A DNA stretch of 62,475 nt, taken from the NCBI GenBank assembly GCA_013239625.1, contig MU056277.1, positions 2,583,601 to 2,646,075 of the forward strand, written 5' to 3'. Made by a program: the position numbers and the translations under genes. The notes under the pieces were generated by a model. The model did no database searches. It saw only the letters and a program-made list of their open reading frames with translations, and was not told where the DNA came from. The stretch's first letter is position 1. Each line of letters begins with the position of its first letter. This stretch comes from Lama guanicoe. Taxonomy: Eukaryota. Below, piece by piece: positions 50,331-62,475 of the stretch.

Positions 50331-50899
50331 GGACAGCGTGGCAGCCCCCAGACCAGCAGCGACTCGACGGCCTTGGGACCGCTCATCTGCAGACACCGTT
50401 GCCCAAGTGACTGTGCCCAATCCTTGCCCAAACTGAGCACACGTATCCCAGGAAGATGCCACTCTTCACAGAAAGCTGATTCATAAGTAGACTTGTATGT
50501 ACATTTTTCCTGCATTTTCCTGTGTTCTCAACTCCTTTGTGGCCTGGATTCTGTTTGCTTTAAAAGGGACACGCCCGTGAAAAGGACCACCCCTTTCACC
50601 TTAACTGAAGAGAAAAAGCTGCTTTTTCTCTCCAAGAATAAAAATCTATTGAGGATTTAAAATCAAAATTAGACCCACTAAGAGGCTAGAATCAAAGACA
50701 GAGAGTAACGAATGTCAGGGAGGACGCAGAGGAGCCTGAACTGTCATCCCCTGCTTGAAGGAACAGAAGATGGGGTAAACCCGGAGCAACCTCTGTGGCC
50801 CAACAACCTGCCCCAGGCCGATGCCCCGGAGCAGTGAACACACAGCCGCACAGAAACTGGGGCCTGCAGGCCTGCAGAAGAAACGACGACAGGTGCTCG

Positions 50900-51260
50900 G
50901 GAGGGGCCCTGACCCACCGGAGCCCCAGCCCCATAAGCTCCAGCACCCGCGACAACCAGGACGCACCTGTCAGACACGATGCCCCGCGCGGGAAGCAGAC
51001 TCCCACGGGCAAGCGGTGTGTGGCTCCTACACGATGTGCCCTACCAGGCCTGCCCACGACGCAGAGCGGACTTGCGGTAGCCAGGGGCAGGGAGCAGCTA
51101 AAGGGAATGGGTTTCTTTTTAGGGAGATGAAAATGTTCTAAACGTGATTGTGGTGATGGCCACACAGCTCTGAATATACTAAACACCAACTGTACATCTC
51201 CAATGGGCAAATTACACGGTGCGTGAACTGTATCTCAAAAGCTATCTTTCAAAAACCAGA
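50900..51260 (+). mobile_element. L1MB-like 3' end
   Basis: ggtttctttttagggagatgaaaatgttctaaa..tgtggtgatggccacacagctctgaatatactaaa..gtgaactgtatctcaa. Confidence 0.8.
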
Positions 51261-53599
51261 ATTTTAAAAATACAGAGATGTCAGAAAGTGAAAAACAGAA
51301 TTACATTCTTGGGTTAGTATATCCTGTCCTAGTTTTTTTCTCTAAAGATAAATGGATATAGACTAAAAGTAAAAACAAACAAAGACACATTTTTAAAATA
51401 AAAGTGGGATTACATCATTTACCCTGACCCACAGTCAGCTTCTACCATTAGCATCAGGCTACGGACAACTGCCCAAATAAGTAAATAAAACGTTAGTGGG
51501 CAGACAGCTCCTGAGGTCTGAGTGACCACGGCTGCCAGGCCACCCCTCTCACACGATGGGCAGCAAGTCCTCCGACTTCGCTCCAGAGGTGGCAGTAGCC
51601 CGGTGTCGGCCCCTCAGAACAGATCCAGTGGCTCCACAGAAGCAGGAGGGCTACTTGCCGTGCTGGACCCTAAGGAAGTGGGACCCCGCCAGCACGGAAT
51701 CTGATCAACACTCACAAACTCGGCTAAACTGGTGACCATGACAACCTCCAGCTTTCATCGAAAAGTTTAAATTATTGGTAAGGGTGCGTATCTATCAAAA
51801 GTGTGGGACCATTTTTTGTTTCATTTTGTGTTGAAGTGCCTTTGGCCCGTTTTCTATTAAATGTCCATCTTTTCATATTTCTTTCATGTTCAGGACACTA
51901 ATCCACTGATAACTTTCAAATCTGTGTTTTAAGTTAAAAGACACAATGCTCATGCCCAACATACAAGGAATGCATTTGTTCATGACACCTGTCAGTTACA
52001 GGCAGGCAGGCAGGCAGGCAGGTGGCCTGGCCACTTCCGAAAATGCCCCACTGGAACCTCCAGGGGGTTCCTGCACAAAGGCCACCTCGGCCCAGACAGC
52101 AGCACCTCTCAGGGTAGGGGCGGGAGCGCCAGCACCTCCCACCTCGAGCAGGCCCACTGGATGAGACGGTGCCCCCGGCGCCAGCACACACCGGGCCACA
52201 GTCGAGGCCACCACTCTCGCTGGACAGGAGAGCCTGCACATGTCCCTGCAGGGCTGCAGAGGAGGAAGCATATCACGGACCACGGGCCAGGGCGAGACGC
52301 CCCCACACGCCTGCGAGCGGGTCTTTCCCTGCTGGGGGATACCAGGGGCCATGCAGCCCGAGTCCCGCCCGTCGGCACCTCCACCCAGTGTCTCTCGCAC
52401 AGGTCAGCATGGCAGGTGTGGCCTTTATGCCCCCGCACAGTTGCAGGCTTTTCCAAATAAAGGAAAAGTGGGCCCAGAGGGCTTAGCCCCTTAAGTGCCG
52501 CTGTCTGACAGGGGAAGTTAATCCACGCAGCGAGGTGGCCAGCGTGCTAGGCGGGGTGACTGCTGGGACAAGTGCAGAACGCGGGAGCAAGCTTGGAAGG
52601 AAATGAGGAGAAGCTCTGACACGGGGGTGGGGTGGGGGAAAAAAAAAATCAGCGTGACCGCCCCCTCCCACCCTACCCAGTGGCCAGACAGCAGCTTTGC
52701 TCCTGAGGAAAGCGCCTGGTTTTCCCGTTTCATGCTGTGTCGCCAACACCAGCGCCCGTTTCCGGTGTGGGGAGCTGGCTTTCCTCTGGGCAGGGGGGCC
52801 GCATGCACCCCACATCCGGTCCCTGGTGAGAGGCCACTTGTGCCTTGATGTGCCACAGAGCAGGGGACCTGCGATGCCCCCACGGCCCCATGGCCCACCC
52901 CCTGGCCCAGCGAGACCTGGGAGCCAGGCAGGCAGGGCCAGTTTTCCACAAAGGGCACCAGCCTGGCTCTCAGCCGCTCAGTGTTCGGCGAATAAACGTG
53001 CAGGTGGCTAAACCATTAACTAAAACCTGGATTAAAATTCATTAAACCAAATACTAAGTGCAAATAGGGTTAGAGTTGGAGAGGGTGAGGAGGGTGCAGC
53101 CTGTGCCCCACACGGGCTGTTGGGGCCCGAGGGGTCCCAGCACCCGCGTGCAGCCCTGGGAAGGCACCTCAGATACAAGACTCCTACAGCTCCTAGAGGC
53201 AGGAGAAGACCCTTCCCCGTTCCTTCTAAGTCCACCTCCCACTTCCTTTAAACAGTGACTTTAAACTCCTGTAAAGTCCCTGCGCAGCCTGGCCCCTCGG
53301 CCTCTGAGCGCTCATCGTGAAAGCTTTCCTCTGAGGCTCCAGTAAGACCCTGCGTCTTACTCCAACCTCAGGGGTCACTGCAAGCAGCAGCCCCGCGGGG
53401 AGGGGCAGCTCCCAGGAGAGGTCGCTGCTCTGTCACCACGAAGGACAGGGTGAAGAAGTGAGGGCCTGTCCCACAGTGCCGTGAAGATCTGAAACAGGGA
53501 CCAGAGGCTGTAGCTCCCTTCAACCGGAAGAACACGCTGCGGTCAGATCACAGTTTCTGTCCAAACACTGGAGAGAAGTGTCCTGCCTGGACCCCACCT

Positions 53600-53840
53600 G
53601 GGCCAATCCGCTGTGGCCTCATGGGACACAGGGGAAATGTGGAGACATGAGGGTGCTGGCCAGCAGGCAGCCTGGGGCAGGTGGACGGGGGTGCTGATGG
53701 CCTACCAGAAGCACCGGGACCCCAGCTGCACGTCCGTGCCTCAGAGCCCGAGCCACGGTGGGCGACCCACCACCCGTTTTCCTGGCCAGTGCAAGGCAGA
53801 CGGCCACGTGGCCCCAGAACATTACTCTGCTCTGAGACTC
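53600..53840. mobile_element. MER20-like hAT DNA transposon relic
   Basis: aaatgtggagacat..ggggtgctgatggcct..ggccccagaacattactctgc resembles MER20 from memory. Confidence 0.45.
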
Positions 53841-56299
53841 CGTATCTCCCTCCCTCCGCAGAAACCCTGCTCACATGGGTCCACCAGACCCTGCTCGGCT
53901 CACCACCGACACGGGGCTCCCACATGCAGACCCTCCTCTCACCCCCACGACCCCGAGAAATCACATATCCTTACCAACAAATTACAAACCACCACACTGA
54001 TCTGTTAGGGCCCAGCCATGCTCCTTAAAGTACTTGAAACAAGGACTCCTAGGGAAAGCCAGCAGGACTCCAAAATCTTCAGAAAAGCCCTGGTGGGGAG
54101 GAAATTGGGGAGGGCCCCGGGGCCGTGAGCTTGTGAGGAGCCAAGAGGAAAGCCATTAACCACAGCGTCCTGACAGCCAGGCACTGCCTGGCCCACTGAT
54201 CCGCAAGGACTGACCAGGGAGGGTGGACAGGGCAGACTCGGTTCCTCCCCACTTGGGACATCCTGCACGCAGACCCACAGCCTTCCCTGCAGGGTGGTCT
54301 CTTCCCGCAGGGGTCCAGCCACACCTGGGCCTGGGCACCGCGGTCAGCTGGGCATCTGGGAAGCTCTGAGAAAAGCTCTGCACCCTGTGACTTAGGGCCT
54401 GAGGGAGGATGGGAGCCAGATGTTGGCGGTGGGGGGATGCTCTGAGCTGCAGGCCCGCCCCTCAGGGAGCTCCCCGGAACCGTGGGGCAGGACCCACCTC
54501 CTCCAGATGATGTGGAATGTCTGGGCCTGAGGCCTATGTTTATGTCAGAAAGATTTTAAGCTTTAACTTGAGAAATTAGAGAGAAGAGAAATGTCAGGGA
54601 AGATGACACTATTTGTAGAGTCTCAGTTTCAAAGTTGGTGTTTTCAAGTCAGCAACTTGGTTTTCATTAAAAACATCTGATAAAGTGAAGTCTTTCCTCC
54701 CAAACCACAGGCTTCCTCCCGTCCCTGTCAGATGCTTCTCCCTCCTGGAGCCCGCGGACCGTCCTCGGTTTGGTCACCTCCCCGGACAGCAGCCCTGCTC
54801 CTGAGCAGTATGCCTCGCTTCAGGAAGGCTCTCGCTGCGAACACGGGATGGGAGACCCTGGAACCACTTCCAAGCGGACAAGCAAGGCGGGGAAACGGTT
54901 CTCTTACTAACCTCCACCTTCACGTGAAAAAAGGAAAAATACAAACAAAAGAACAAAGCACCCCCGCCATCCCACTACCCAGAAAAAGCAGCCACACTGA
55001 CGTTTCTGTCCACGCACTCCAGGCCGCTTTTGGCGTCATCCCAAGTCCATGAACAAAAAGGAATCTTACTGCGAACACAACCTTGGAACTTGCCTTCACT
55101 GCTCAGCAGACATGCAAGCACGGTTCCCACCACAGCAGAGGGGCCGTGAGGGCTCTGCCTGCGGGAAGGAGGAGCCCCCCAGGCCCTGAGAGGAAGCAGG
55201 AGGGAGGGGCTCCCGGGCTGGATGGGGTGGGTGCAGGCTGGGCTGGGGGCGGGGGCTCAGCCTCAGTCAGAGCTGGGAGCGGTCCGGGGGAGGTCTGCGA
55301 CCTCAGGCAGCTCCGCACGGAGCCAGGAGCCGTCTTCCTATGTGTCGTGGGGACTTTGTGGGGAAAGATAGCCGATATCACCCCCAAAATAACCGCTTAA
55401 ATGGACAAAAGGAAATGAAAAACTGCTATTTCATGGAATGTTCCAGTAAACAGTTGGGCCATCCTGGCACTTAAAAGCTCTTATTTTTAACTACTTATTT
55501 TTTTGCCTGTAATATCAACATGTTCCTTTTACTGGATAAAATGGTGACTCCTCCAGGTGCAGCCTTTACCCCCCAACCCTCCCCATTCTAGAGGCAGGAA
55601 GTGGCCCTCCGGGGACCCCAGGGTGCTCTCAACAGATGCGCTGAGGCAGGCAGCTGCGTCCTAGCCCTGGCCCTGACAACCCAATTTCACACATCCTTTT
55701 AGTTTAAATAAACGTAAAATAATGGCTTGCCTTCTAAATGATTAAAAACTACAGCTCTAGAGAGTTAAATGTGAACTAAGGCACTTGCAGCATCAGGAAG
55801 ATTTTGTTCCCCCAAATCACTCTCCAGGGAAAGGGACGGCCTGGGACAAAGGCCGTGTTCTCCCCGACGCATCGGACCCAGAGAGATTCCAGCAGGAAAT
55901 CTGCAGCAGAGCCCCCTCTCCACCTCCACACTCCACGTCAGAGACACAGGGAGAGGAAGACGGAAGCCAGCAGTGCCCGCTCACTGGTGAGCAGCGCCCC
56001 ATCCCCGGGTCCCCTCCCCTTTCTCACGCGACACCGGCACTTCATGCGGATAGAGGACAAGCCTCTCTGGGCAGTGCTGACCGGTGTCAGGCCTGCCGGC
56101 TCTTCTGAGTCCAGGTTGGCAATGGTGCCAAATAAACGACCAGACCTGACAGGTCATGCTGAGCTGGAGGGCAACTCGGGAAGTCGGGGCCACAAAACAG
56201 CCAGGGGAGCAGCCACCCCCTTGGGACAACCATGAACCCGGACGATGGCCGCGCTGGTGGCAGGTCCAGGAGGTGATGTCCTCCCGTCTCCCAGGTGGG

Positions 56300-56900
56300 T
56301 CCCCTCCTTCCACCCTCGCAGCTGCCAGCGGAGCTGCCAGTCTGTGCCTCCGTCTTCTCCCTCTGGACACGGCCCCTCGGGAAGGTGAGCTGCATCGAAC
56401 CACCACCTCTCATCCTCACAAGAGGCCTCTCGCCTTTGAGCTCCCTCGAGGTGTGATGACGCATCCCTCTGCCTGCCGAGTCTCCACCTTCTCTCACACT
56501 TTCTGTTCTTTGAGTCTCTGGGGTATATTTCAAATCCATTTCCTGGTTTACCAATTTTCCCTTCAGCTAAGTCTAGCCAGCTATTTAACTCATCCACTGA
56601 GTTTTTCATTTACATTCTTTTGAACTTCACTTCTGGAATTCTATTCAGTTCTTTCTCATCATGGTTCAGGCATTCTCCATTGTTTCTCCTCCTGCTTTCT
56701 CCTGTTTTCAGTCTTGTCTCTCATTGCTTTAAGTTCCCCACTCCCTGTTCCTGGCGCCTGCAGGTCCGATTCTGCGGTCTGTAGTTTCTCTTGGCAAATG
56801 CAAGTGACACTATCTCCTGTGTCCTTGGTGCATTTTCTCCTCTGAGCTCAAGTTCCCCGGAACACTATCCCGGAAAATCCCAAGACCTGGATTGAAGGAG
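56300..56900 (-). mobile_element. Old L1 ORF1-region fragment
   Basis: Track ORF 56154..56609 begins MKNSVDELNSWLDLAEGKI, similar to the L1 ORF1p coiled coil (KNSxDxLNSRLDxAEERI). Confidence 0.6.
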
Positions 56901-58965
56901 AGGACTGGATTTGCTTTCAACGGACCTACTGACCCTCCGTGGGCGTTACAAACCATGCATCTAGGACTGCACTAACGTATGTGGTGGGGTGGGGCTTTTG
57001 GACCACAGACATGGTGTGGATTCAGGCACATACTCACAAGAGTCAGTTTTTGGTTTCAAGTATTTGGCTCCAAGTGGAGGCACAAGAGTCCGTGCTAACT
57101 TCTCCCACGAAGCAGGCTTACCTGCTTTTGCCCTTACACACCGCAGAGTCGAGCTCTGGGGTAGCCAGCCTGCCCTCTGCAGTGTGAGTAGGGTTTTGCC
57201 TCAATTATAAACAGCCATGAACATCCACGTTTTTTAAGCTCTTGTAACTGTTTTGTGTAGGTTTGTCTCTTTCTCTGCTGTCAGTTTTAACTTTCTGCTT
57301 AACAGTACCCTCTCCTTATCTGGCATATGAGATAAGCACTCAATAAATATTAATTGAGCTAATAAATTAACTTTTTAAAAAAACTAAGCTTATTGAAGCT
57401 GTCTGTAAGGAAAGCACGAAGGGCTCAGATGCTCTGCCGAGCTGGGAGAGTCACCTCATGCACTCACTGGAGTCAGCTGGCTTCTTACGACAGTGTTTGG
57501 GGGCTGCCCCTGCTTCTGGCTGATTTCCCAGAAGAGACAGCATTACGGCGTCATTATTGTTTCACTCTCAGTCTCTCTTTCCTGGGCCACCAAAACCAGA
57601 AACTATGATTTCTGTTTCTAAACTTGTATGAAACATTTTGAGGAATGGTCCCCATTTCTCAGTGTCACCAAAACAGAGGCTCCCAAACAGACTCCCTGCC
57701 CAGAGATCCTCGCCCAGCAGGTCCTCCAAGAGACCGGCCTCACAGATGCCAGCAGCAGTCCTGGGTTCAAGGGTTTCTGGCCCTTAAATACAGGAAGGAC
57801 TTTCCTCCACTGAGCAAATGGAAAGGGCCCTTGAAGTTACAGCAACACCTTCACCATCAGCCCCAAAGCCACACTCAGCTCCTGACAAACTTCTCAGTCT
57901 TTTGGTTTTTCTTTGACAAGTTACTTCGGGGAGGCTGGAATGTGCATGGAAATAACACAGACAACTTAGTGGTGGGCCCCAGGCAGCCCTGCCAGCATCG
58001 CAGCAAGGTGCAGAGGGAGCAGGGCAGTGAGCGTCTCCAAGTGTCAGGGGCAGGAGATCCCTGACAGGCTCTAAAAGTTAAGTTGACTCAGTTGTCAGAA
58101 TGTGCTATTTGCTCCCACTTAGAATTCATCTGCTAAAAATGTTCTCAGACTCAAAATAGCTCTCTGGAGGGACCCACACAACCCACAGCTCCAAGCCACA
58201 GGGCGGGGCCGCCATCTGCACCTGCCACACGGTCAGACACACACTGGCTGAGACCCCACCCGCTTCCTGCACTTCACCCCGACTCGAACCACCCTCCCAC
58301 TCGCCTGCCAACGTTGCAGAGAGGCCTGCCCCTCACCCCGGGCAGAGCGCTATGACTGTCGGGTGCCCTCACTTCCTACCCCAGGGTGCGGTTCAGGTCG
58401 AGCTTGAGGGAAATGCAAATTACGGCCCCACCCGAGACTCCGGGGCCGGCGTCTGCACGGCAGTGCGCTGTTTGAGTGAGTCTCCCACAGGCTGAAGCTG
58501 AGAAGCACTGACATGTTTCTTATGCAGCAAACTTCTCAATCTTAAGACCTACTAAATGTGGCTCTTCCTCACTGACCCCCTTCCCCAAATCCCATCAACA
58601 GATGCTTCCTTCATACTCTTACCTCTGGGAATAGCTGCCTCCAGGATGGAAAGAAGCTTCCCAGACACTCACCCTCCCGAAACCCTTGGCTGTGCTCTCT
58701 GGTCGCACCCTCTCCAGCTCCTCTCAGGCTGGAAAGCCCTTGCCCACACCTCAGCAGGCAAATACGCGCACGTGAGCTCAGTTACCGTTTCGGACAGAGA
58801 GCGTCTCCTGCCGCACCAGTAAACAGAGGATGCTGCCGCCACCAAGCCCGAGCGCTGGGCTGGAACTGCCCGACGCGCCCCCTCCCTCAAACCGAGCGAC
58901 CAGCCTGTCGGGGACACTGTCCACTCAGAGAGCTTCGTATCAAGTAGAGCAACAGCAGACATTAC

Positions 58966-59083
58966 CAGAGCGATTTCTCCACGATTTTGGTCCTGAAAAC
59001 CTCCTCTTGGTCCAGGTTCACAGTGCAGTAACAGTCTCGCATCTTGTTTGGCCCCGGGTAAGTGGGAAGGTTTTTGGCTTCAC
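58966..59083 (-). CDS. RASA3: RASA3 exon 2 (C2A start: [40 protein letters not shown])
   Basis: 118 nt, ttttcag|...|gtaat; translation matches remembered RASA3 N-terminal C2 domain; exon 1 is outside the window. Confidence 0.97.
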
Positions 59084-59389
59084 CTGAAAAGCAAATGTGA
59101 ATACATCATCAATCTAGCATAGATTTATTTAGTCTCCTTGCTAATCACCGACACATCTTCAAATAATGGATTTATTTCATAACGATGCCCCTGTTTTATT
59201 TCTGAACACTCATCAGCTCTTTATAAGGCCTTGGTTTTCTTGCCACCACAAGTCAGTGTCGACGAGAAATGCTTCGTACAGTTAAAATGCACCTTAACCC
59301 CTAAAACAAACTGTTAAAGGCAGGGATCCACTGGCCTAGGAACTGAGGATTACCTGCTTTGTTTTACCCACACTAGTCCCTCTGAGATT

Positions 59390-59740
59390 TGTAATATTTA
59401 AATTACGGCAAGATACACATAAGTTAAAATGTATCGTTTAACCACCTTCAAGTGCACCAACCTGCCGCACTCAGGGAAGCACCCCTGCTGCTCCACAGCC
59501 AGTCCCCAGCCGTTCCCCTTGCAGAACTGGAATCCCGCACCCACCACACGGCAACCCCTGCTCCCTCCCCCCAGCCCCTCACTTCTAGTTTGTCTCTAGA
59601 ATCTGGTGACTCTCGAAACCTCACATACAGGGATCACACGTGTTTGTCCTGCGACAATGTCTTCAAGGCTCATTTGTGTTCCAGCCCGAGTCAGGAGTCC
59701 CTTCCTTTCAAGGCTAACATTTTGCGTATCTATTCATCCC
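59390..59740 (-). mobile_element. L1M 3' end fragment
   Basis: aagatacacataa..tttaaccaccttcaagtgcac..cttcaaggctcatt..cttcctttcaaggcta. Confidence 0.65.
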
Positions 59741-62475
59741 CAGGTCCCTTTTTATTCTGCATTGAATTTGACACTATTAGGTCAAGATTATGCAGAAATT
59801 AAGGAGGACTCTTTTTCATTGATGAGTAAACTACAAACTCCAGCTGCTTTAAACACAGAAGGACTAGCCAGTGAGGACAAGCCAGTAAGAGGAGCCCTGC
59901 GGGCCGCACCTTCCCTCCACCCCGAAGCCCGAGGGCCTGGCCGCAGGGAGACCTTTATCACAGCCACACGGAGCCAGAACCGGCGGAGCCTACAGGTCCC
60001 AGCTGCCGCTAAGCTTGTGGATTAAGCAGGGGAGGGGCACAATGGGGAGGGGCTTTCACCCTGGACGAGAAGCCCCCTGGAAGCACTGCCTCAAAGGAGC
60101 TCGCCCCGGCCCCCGCCCCCGCACTAGGACGGGACGGCGTCGGGGTCGAGCACCCAGCACCGCCAGAGCCACCCAAGCGAACTGACCGTACCTGTTAGCG
60201 CCACTCAAGGCCAGAAGACCTGCTCTGGTTGACAGAGAAGGAAAAACAGCAACAGGAACCAAAGCAGAACCGAGCTCAGCACCAGAGCTGGGTGCCCAGC
60301 ACAGCCACCCCACTGGCCCCAGCGAGCACATGCTGCTCGCTTGCAGCCATGCCATGAGCTCCGCACAGAGGGCTTGAAGCCTTTCCTTCTAACTTTCCAT
60401 TAACGTTATCACTTGAGATGCAGAGTAGGACAGTGAGTTAACAGAAGTCGCTCGATAACAGGGCCGGGGGGGCAGTGTTTTCAGATGCACCAAAGTGTTC
60501 TAGGATTGTAACAGCGCCAGCTGTGACCTGCACCTGCGGCCGTCTCCTGCACCGGCTGGGACACAGACCTGCCTCCCTAGCCTCTGTCTCCCCAGCTGGA
60601 AAAGCAGGAGAACACCCTGTCTCCAAGGTTCCTCCAGCTCTGGGGGGACCTTCGAACCTTCGAATGTTCCAATTCAAAGGGTTCTGGGACGTTTTCTTTG
60701 GGGAATCATCAAGGGATCATCAAAGGCTCTCAGCTGGTGAAGGAGCAAGAAACAGATGCATGTTTTCGTACAAGCACGATGACCCTAGAACACTGTGACG
60801 CTGTGTGCGATGCGCCTGAACACGCCATGAACATGCCATGAACACGCCACTGCACGGGAGTTGAGCACATGAGAACACAGCCAGTCTGAGAAGACATGTG
60901 TGATCCAAGCCAGGCTTCAAGTCTGCTATTACATGTCCAGAGACATTTTCTGAAGGCTTCTGGCAGGTGTGAGAGGTCATGTGTGCACATACATGTGCAT
61001 GCAGGGAGCGTGACGCACCCCAAAGCACGACAGCGGGGGAGTGGCCGGTGGGCTTCTCCAGAGATGGCAGGGTTGGGGGGTTGACAGGAGCGGCAGCGGG
61101 TCCCCGTGTGGTCTCTGAGCTGACCTCGCGCAGCCACAGCACACAGGCCACGTCTGAAGGGGCTCTCAGCCCCCCGCCCACTTTTGGAACTGATCTGCAG
61201 GCCCCCAAATCTTCCACCTCAAACCAGCCTGACTTTGCCGACCGACCTCCCGGTTGACACCCTCCCGATGTGAATGAGGGCTTACCAGATTTCCTACTGG
61301 AATTTTTCTTTGCAACGAATGGAATATTTAGCTGCAAGTCCCTGTGTTTCTCAAAAGTAGGGCAAAAATCTTTTCTGAAAGCCTTATGGGAAATGGTCAT
61401 TGGTGGAAAACACAGAACTGGGATTTGCTTCCTGTTTATTCTCCAAAGAACCTGAGAACACTAGCAGTAGTGGCTGACACTTCTCTGGGACAGGAGCAGC
61501 AGCTGGGACGCTGACCTGCCCCGTGCTGCTGTGGGAGCTCCGTACCCCCGCCCCTGGCCCCACCCAGACGGTCACAGAAACATCCTGGTTGCCACGATGA
61601 TGCATCAGCAGAGAGCCAGCAGTGGACCTGAGCCAACGTCAACAAGCCACTCAGGCCAGGAGGGCTGGGAGCAGGGCCGGCAGCCCGCCCTGGCCACACT
61701 GTCCGCCGGGCCCTGCAGCCGGGGGCCCCGCCATGGCCGAGCCGGGGCGCTATTCCAGCTCTTGGGCTGGTCCCAGCCCGACAACACTCAAACAGAGCTG
61801 TCCTTCACGTGGGTCACTTATGCCAAAGGCTGGGGCTGCTCCCCCCGACTGCTCCTTTTTGTCTCAGAACAGGAGAGAGACGCGTTCTCTTCCCTCGTGT
61901 GTGGAGACATTTTCCTAAGCAGGTAAAGCCACGCCTGGTATACAGCAGGTGCTGATTCTTTGCTGAATGGATGGATGGATAAGTGCCTGGAAAAAGAAAA
62001 GTAAACTCTGGTTTCATTCGAAGAGCCAAATAGTTAACATCTTTCTGTGACTCCCTCCTGTTAACCACATCTCCAAAACGCAGACCCTGTACTCACTACG
62101 ACTGTCGGCTGGTAGACTGGATAAAGACAGCAAACCTGGTGCCGGCTCATCTCTGAACACAGAACTTACTAACAGAAGGAAGGGGCAGCACTTAAAAAAT
62201 GTGATAAAACAGCCCGGAAACAGCAAAGCCGGTTCCTAACCACAGGAGTCAGGCCACCGTCTCGAGCCACCCTGGTCACAATGTCCGTGTGCTCTGGGCG
62301 AGCACTGCCAGGAGACCCAGACCTGAAGGCGGCCGGGAAGAGCCATGTGTGGACCCCTGCCTCTGGGAGGGGCTGCAGGTAGTCTCAGTGCCACCGCTGG
62401 GTTCAGCCCCAGTGAGGAAGCCCACTGCCCTTGGCGTGGGGAGCAGCATGGCCATCTGTGCCCCAGGAGGGCTGT

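Noticed and set aside
60817-60851. Tiny tandem repeats (gaacacgccat x3; also 34106-34145, 29778-29800 and (GGCA)n near 52000)
   Set aside because: These are ordinary slippage products with no evident function.

Overview
Mammalian, very GC-rich genomic DNA with no prokaryotic features. It carries two spliced genes in tandem on the minus strand. The first is RASA3 (GAP1-IP4BP; C2A-C2B-RasGAP-PH-BTK): coding exons 2-24 lie at 59083 to 9456, total 2450 nt and splice in frame, exon 1 lies beyond the right edge, and the 3' UTR ends near 8290. The second, about 1.5 kb downstream, is a C13orf46 orthologue: its first five coding exons lie at 6781 to 562 and the rest is beyond the left edge. The introns hold old L1, L2, MIR, MLT1 and MER fragments and several minisatellites. 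One L1 3' end looks cetartiodactyl-like, and I recognised no ruminant, pig or whale SINEs, so a camelid is a weak guess. The most notable observations are: a 94-bp tandem duplication of the RASA3 last-exon splice acceptor that could give a frameshifted, NMD-immune C-terminus; an 18-bp minisatellite built from CRE palindromes; a 45-bp minisatellite with two E-boxes and a G-tract per unit next to exon 10; two GC-AG introns; a hairpin-embedded intronic polyA/stop after exon 19; and an apparent AT-to-GC shift in both repeats and coding sequence. Gene and repeat identities come from recognition and memory, not from a database search. I found no evidence of a wholly new multi-gene system.
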